Assembly: GCA_965224245.1 (NCBI GenBank)
Contig: OZ245046.1
Span: 2,176,001-2,240,000 of the forward strand
Origin: Candidatus Eiseniibacteriota bacterium
Lineage (GTDB): Bacteria; Eisenbacteria; RBG-16-71-46; CAZAMP01
DNA length: 64,000 nucleotides
Direction: 5' to 3'
The position numbers were made by a program, and so were the translations under genes. Each line of letters opens with the position of its first letter. Position 1 is the first letter of the stretch. Below are positions 62,142-64,000 of the stretch, one piece after another. Below the pieces are notes generated by a model. The model was given only the letters and a program-made list of their open reading frames with translations. It was not told the origin of the DNA and did not search any database.

Positions 62142-63158
62142 ATGCTGAAGACACGACGACACCGAGCGGGACGCCGGCGGGGGCTCCCCTTCGCGATCGC
62201 CGCCACGGCGATGTGGCTGGCCTCGGGATCGACCGTGGCCGCGGGATCGGCCCTGGCCGCGGACGGGCCCGCGGTGACGCCGACGGAGAAGGGCATCGGC
62301 ACCGCCGATCAGTCCCAGCGCGGCGAGACCTGCACGACGACGATGCAGAACCACGACGACACGTTCGAGAACGCCTACGCGTGGGTCTACGGCGGTGTGG
62401 CCGCCCCCACCTGGGGCGCCTTCGCCGAGCCCTTCGAGGGCTCGTTCGAGATCTGCGAGGTGCAGCTCTTCCTGACCCAGATCGGCAATCAGGCCGGACA
62501 GACGATGGACGTGTTCGTGTGGCGCGACGATCGCACCGGCAACCCGGGCGCGGTGGTCGCGCAGGTCCTCGACGTGGATCCGGGTCCGATCACGACGTGG
62601 CCCGAGGTCACGCGCGTGGACGTGCCGGTGTCGGCCATCGTCGACGACAACTGGTGGGTCGGCTGGTGGGGCAACTGGCCCGGCGCCCAGGCGGGCTGGC
62701 TCGCCGCGGCGGACGAGGACGGCGTGGACGTCGGTCCGCGGACACGCATCAACTCGGGGCTCGGCTATCCGGCGGGATGGGATCATCCCAACGTGGTCCT
62801 GTCCTGGGCGAATGCGAAGAGCCTCGGGATCCAGGTGGCCGGAGCGGAGATTCTCGGGGCGGGCGATGCGTCGGTGACGCCGCCCGTGGTGCTCGGGGCG
62901 CCGAGGCCGAATCCGTTCGGGGCGTCGACGTCGATCGGGTTCTCACTGGAGGCCGAATCGACGGTGCGGCTGGCGGTCTACGACGGGGCCGGTCGGCTCG
63001 TGCGGACGCTCGCGGATGGGTCATTCCCGAGCGGCGGGCACCGCGCGTCCTGGGACGGGGTGACCGAGGCGGGTCGCCATGCGGCGCCGGGGGTGTACTT
63101 CGTCCGGCTGGAGGCCGGAACGACGCGGTCGGTGCAGAGGCTGGTGCTGGCCTGGTGA
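62142..63158 (+). CDS. Secreted protein with a jelly-roll-like domain and a C-terminal FlgD-Ig/T9SS-like domain
   Basis: GGAGAG RBS; Arg-rich signal peptide; PNPF...VYDGAGRLVRTL...WDG...G....PGVYFVRL. Confidence 0.85.
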   Translation: MLKTRRHRAGRRRGLPFAIAATAMWLASGSTVAAGSALAADGPAVTPTEKGIGTADQSQRGETCTTTMQNHDDTFENAYAWVYGGVAAPTWGAFAEPFEGSFEICEVQLFLTQIGNQAGQTMDVFVWRDDRTGNPGAVVAQVLDVDPGPITTWPEVTRVDVPVSAIVDDNWWVGWWGNWPGAQAGWLAAADEDGVDVGPRTRINSGLGYPAGWDHPNVVLSWANAKSLGIQVAGAEILGAGDASVTPPVVLGAPRPNPFGASTSIGFSLEAESTVRLAVYDGAGRLVRTLADGSFPSGGHRASWDGVTEAGRHAAPGVYFVRLEAGTTRSVQRLVLAW

Positions 63159-63174
63159 CGATCCGGCAGATCGT

Positions 63175-63209
63175 GGCCCGGTTCCTCCCGTTCGGGGAGT
63201 GACCGGGCC
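63175..63209. terminator. Hairpin between the convergent FlgD-domain gene and tRNA-Val
   Basis: ggcccggttcctccc-gttcg-gggagtgaccgggcc inverted repeat. Confidence 0.5.
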
Positions 63210-63244
63210 TTCGTCGGTGAGGCGTGCCGACCGGCGAGTGCAGG

Positions 63245-63321
63245 TGGTGGGCGATACTGGACTCGAACCAGTGACCCCTGGCTTGTGATGCCAGTGCTCT
63301 AACCAACTGAGCTAATCGCCC
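63245..63321 (-). tRNA. tRNA-Val (anticodon CAC), CCA encoded
   Basis: GGGCGAT/ATCGCCC acceptor stem, D arm GCTC/GAGC, anticodon stem CTGGC/GCCAG with loop ATCACAA, T loop TTCGAGT; 77 nt. Confidence 0.97.
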
Positions 63322-63333
63322 ACGAGGCGGAAG

Positions 63334-63363
63334 GTTGTACCATGCGGCGGGCCGCCCGTGCAA
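63334..63363 (-). promoter_or_regulatory. Candidate promoter of tRNA-Val
   Basis: TTGCAC-N18-TACAAC with TGn, 12 nt upstream of the tRNA. Confidence 0.4.
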
Positions 63364-63471
63364 CTGTCCCCCGCCGGGCCGTCAATCGGCCGTCTCGCAA
63401 TGGATTGAGACGCGCCGGACGGGCTATCATCGCCCGCGATCATCACCTCCACCACCCCAGCCGGAGCGCCC

Positions 63472-64000
63472 ATGCCCCGACAGGCCGTCCTCGTGGATCT
63501 CGACGACACGCTCTTCGACCACACCGAGACGACCCGGGCCGCGCTGGAAGCGCTGGGCCGGACCGAGGCCTCGCTCCGGCACGTCCCCGGCGACGAGCTT
63601 CACGCCGAGCACGCGCGGATCCTCGAGGAGATCCATCACACCCGGGTACTGTCGGGGCACGCGACGATCGACGAGGCGCGGATCGAGCGGTTCGCGCGCC
63701 TCCTCGAGTTCGCGGGATCGCCGCGTGCCGATCGCGACGAGGCGGCTCGACTCGCGGCGTCGTACCGGCAGGCCTATCTCGACAACGAGCGGGTCGTGCC
63801 CGGCGCGATCGAGCTGCTCTCGGCGCTCCGGGGCCGCGCGACGGTGGCCGTGGTCACGAACAACCTGCACGACGAGCAGGTGCAGAAGCTGCGCCGCCTG
63901 GAGCTCACACCGCTCGTGGGCGCATTGATCACGTCCGAGGCGGTCGGGGTGGCCAAACCCGAGCCCGAGATATTCCGGCGGGCGCTGGACGCGGTGGACA
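63472..64000 (+). CDS. HAD-superfamily hydrolase (YjjG-like), truncated by the window end
   Basis: Translated by hand (not in the ORF track): MPRQAVLVDLDDTLFDH...VVTN...SEAVGVAKPEPEIF. Confidence 0.9.
   Translation, partial: MPRQAVLVDLDDTLFDHTETTRAALEALGRTEASLRHVPGDELHAEHARILEEIHHTRVLSGHATIDEARIERFARLLEFAGSPRADRDEAARLAASYRQAYLDNERVVPGAIELLSALRGRATVAVVTNNLHDEQVQKLRRLELTPLVGALITSEAVGVAKPEPEIFRRALDAVD

Noticed and set aside
62142-62260. Tat signal peptide (RRRGL)
   Set aside because: Arg-rich but lacks the RRxFL-type consensus; cannot be distinguished from a Sec signal.
44017-63244. Active integrative element or prophage at tRNA-Val
   Set aside because: No integrase, transposase, phage gene or att duplication was found by eye.

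Overview
Very GC-rich chromosomal segment of a diderm bacterium. The FlgD/T9SS-like C-terminal domains and a C-terminal SWxxVKxLYR motif suggest an FCB-associated lineage such as Ca. Eisenbacteria or Krumholzibacteriota; this is inference only. Block 1 (1-7997, +) is a type IV pilus/T2SS-like cluster with five pilin-like genes, pilM/N/O/P-like genes and a short secretin. Block 2 (8081-37163, -) is a housekeeping run: recJ, rel, dtd, maf, mtnA, rplM, rpsI, rpsB, tsf, pyrH, frr, uppS, cdsA, dxr, rseP, an Omp85 gene, tamB, uvrD/pcrA, a CPXCG protein, purD, a LarA-family gene, purE, an LMW phosphatase and an archaeal-type glyA. The Omp85 gene is broken by a ~560-nt poly-C tract that is almost certainly a sequencing or assembly artefact. 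Block 3 (37295-44016, -) has an unusually long (~500 nt) RNase P RNA followed by a four-gene envelope operon: a zincin/beta-propeller/Omp85 fusion, a BamB-like lipoprotein, a PEGA protein and an FN3/propeller lipoprotein. Block 4 (44312-63158) is an accessory block of secreted proteins. It includes an ECF43-like sigma factor with a TPR Ser/Thr kinase directly upstream of a 3148-aa secreted protein whose core has two long Ser/Thr-rich amphipathic beta-hairpin-like segments, a candidate pore-forming module. The window ends with tRNA-Val(CAC) and a truncated HAD hydrolase. No CRISPR array, integrase or transposase was seen. All calls come from motif reading; no database searches were run.
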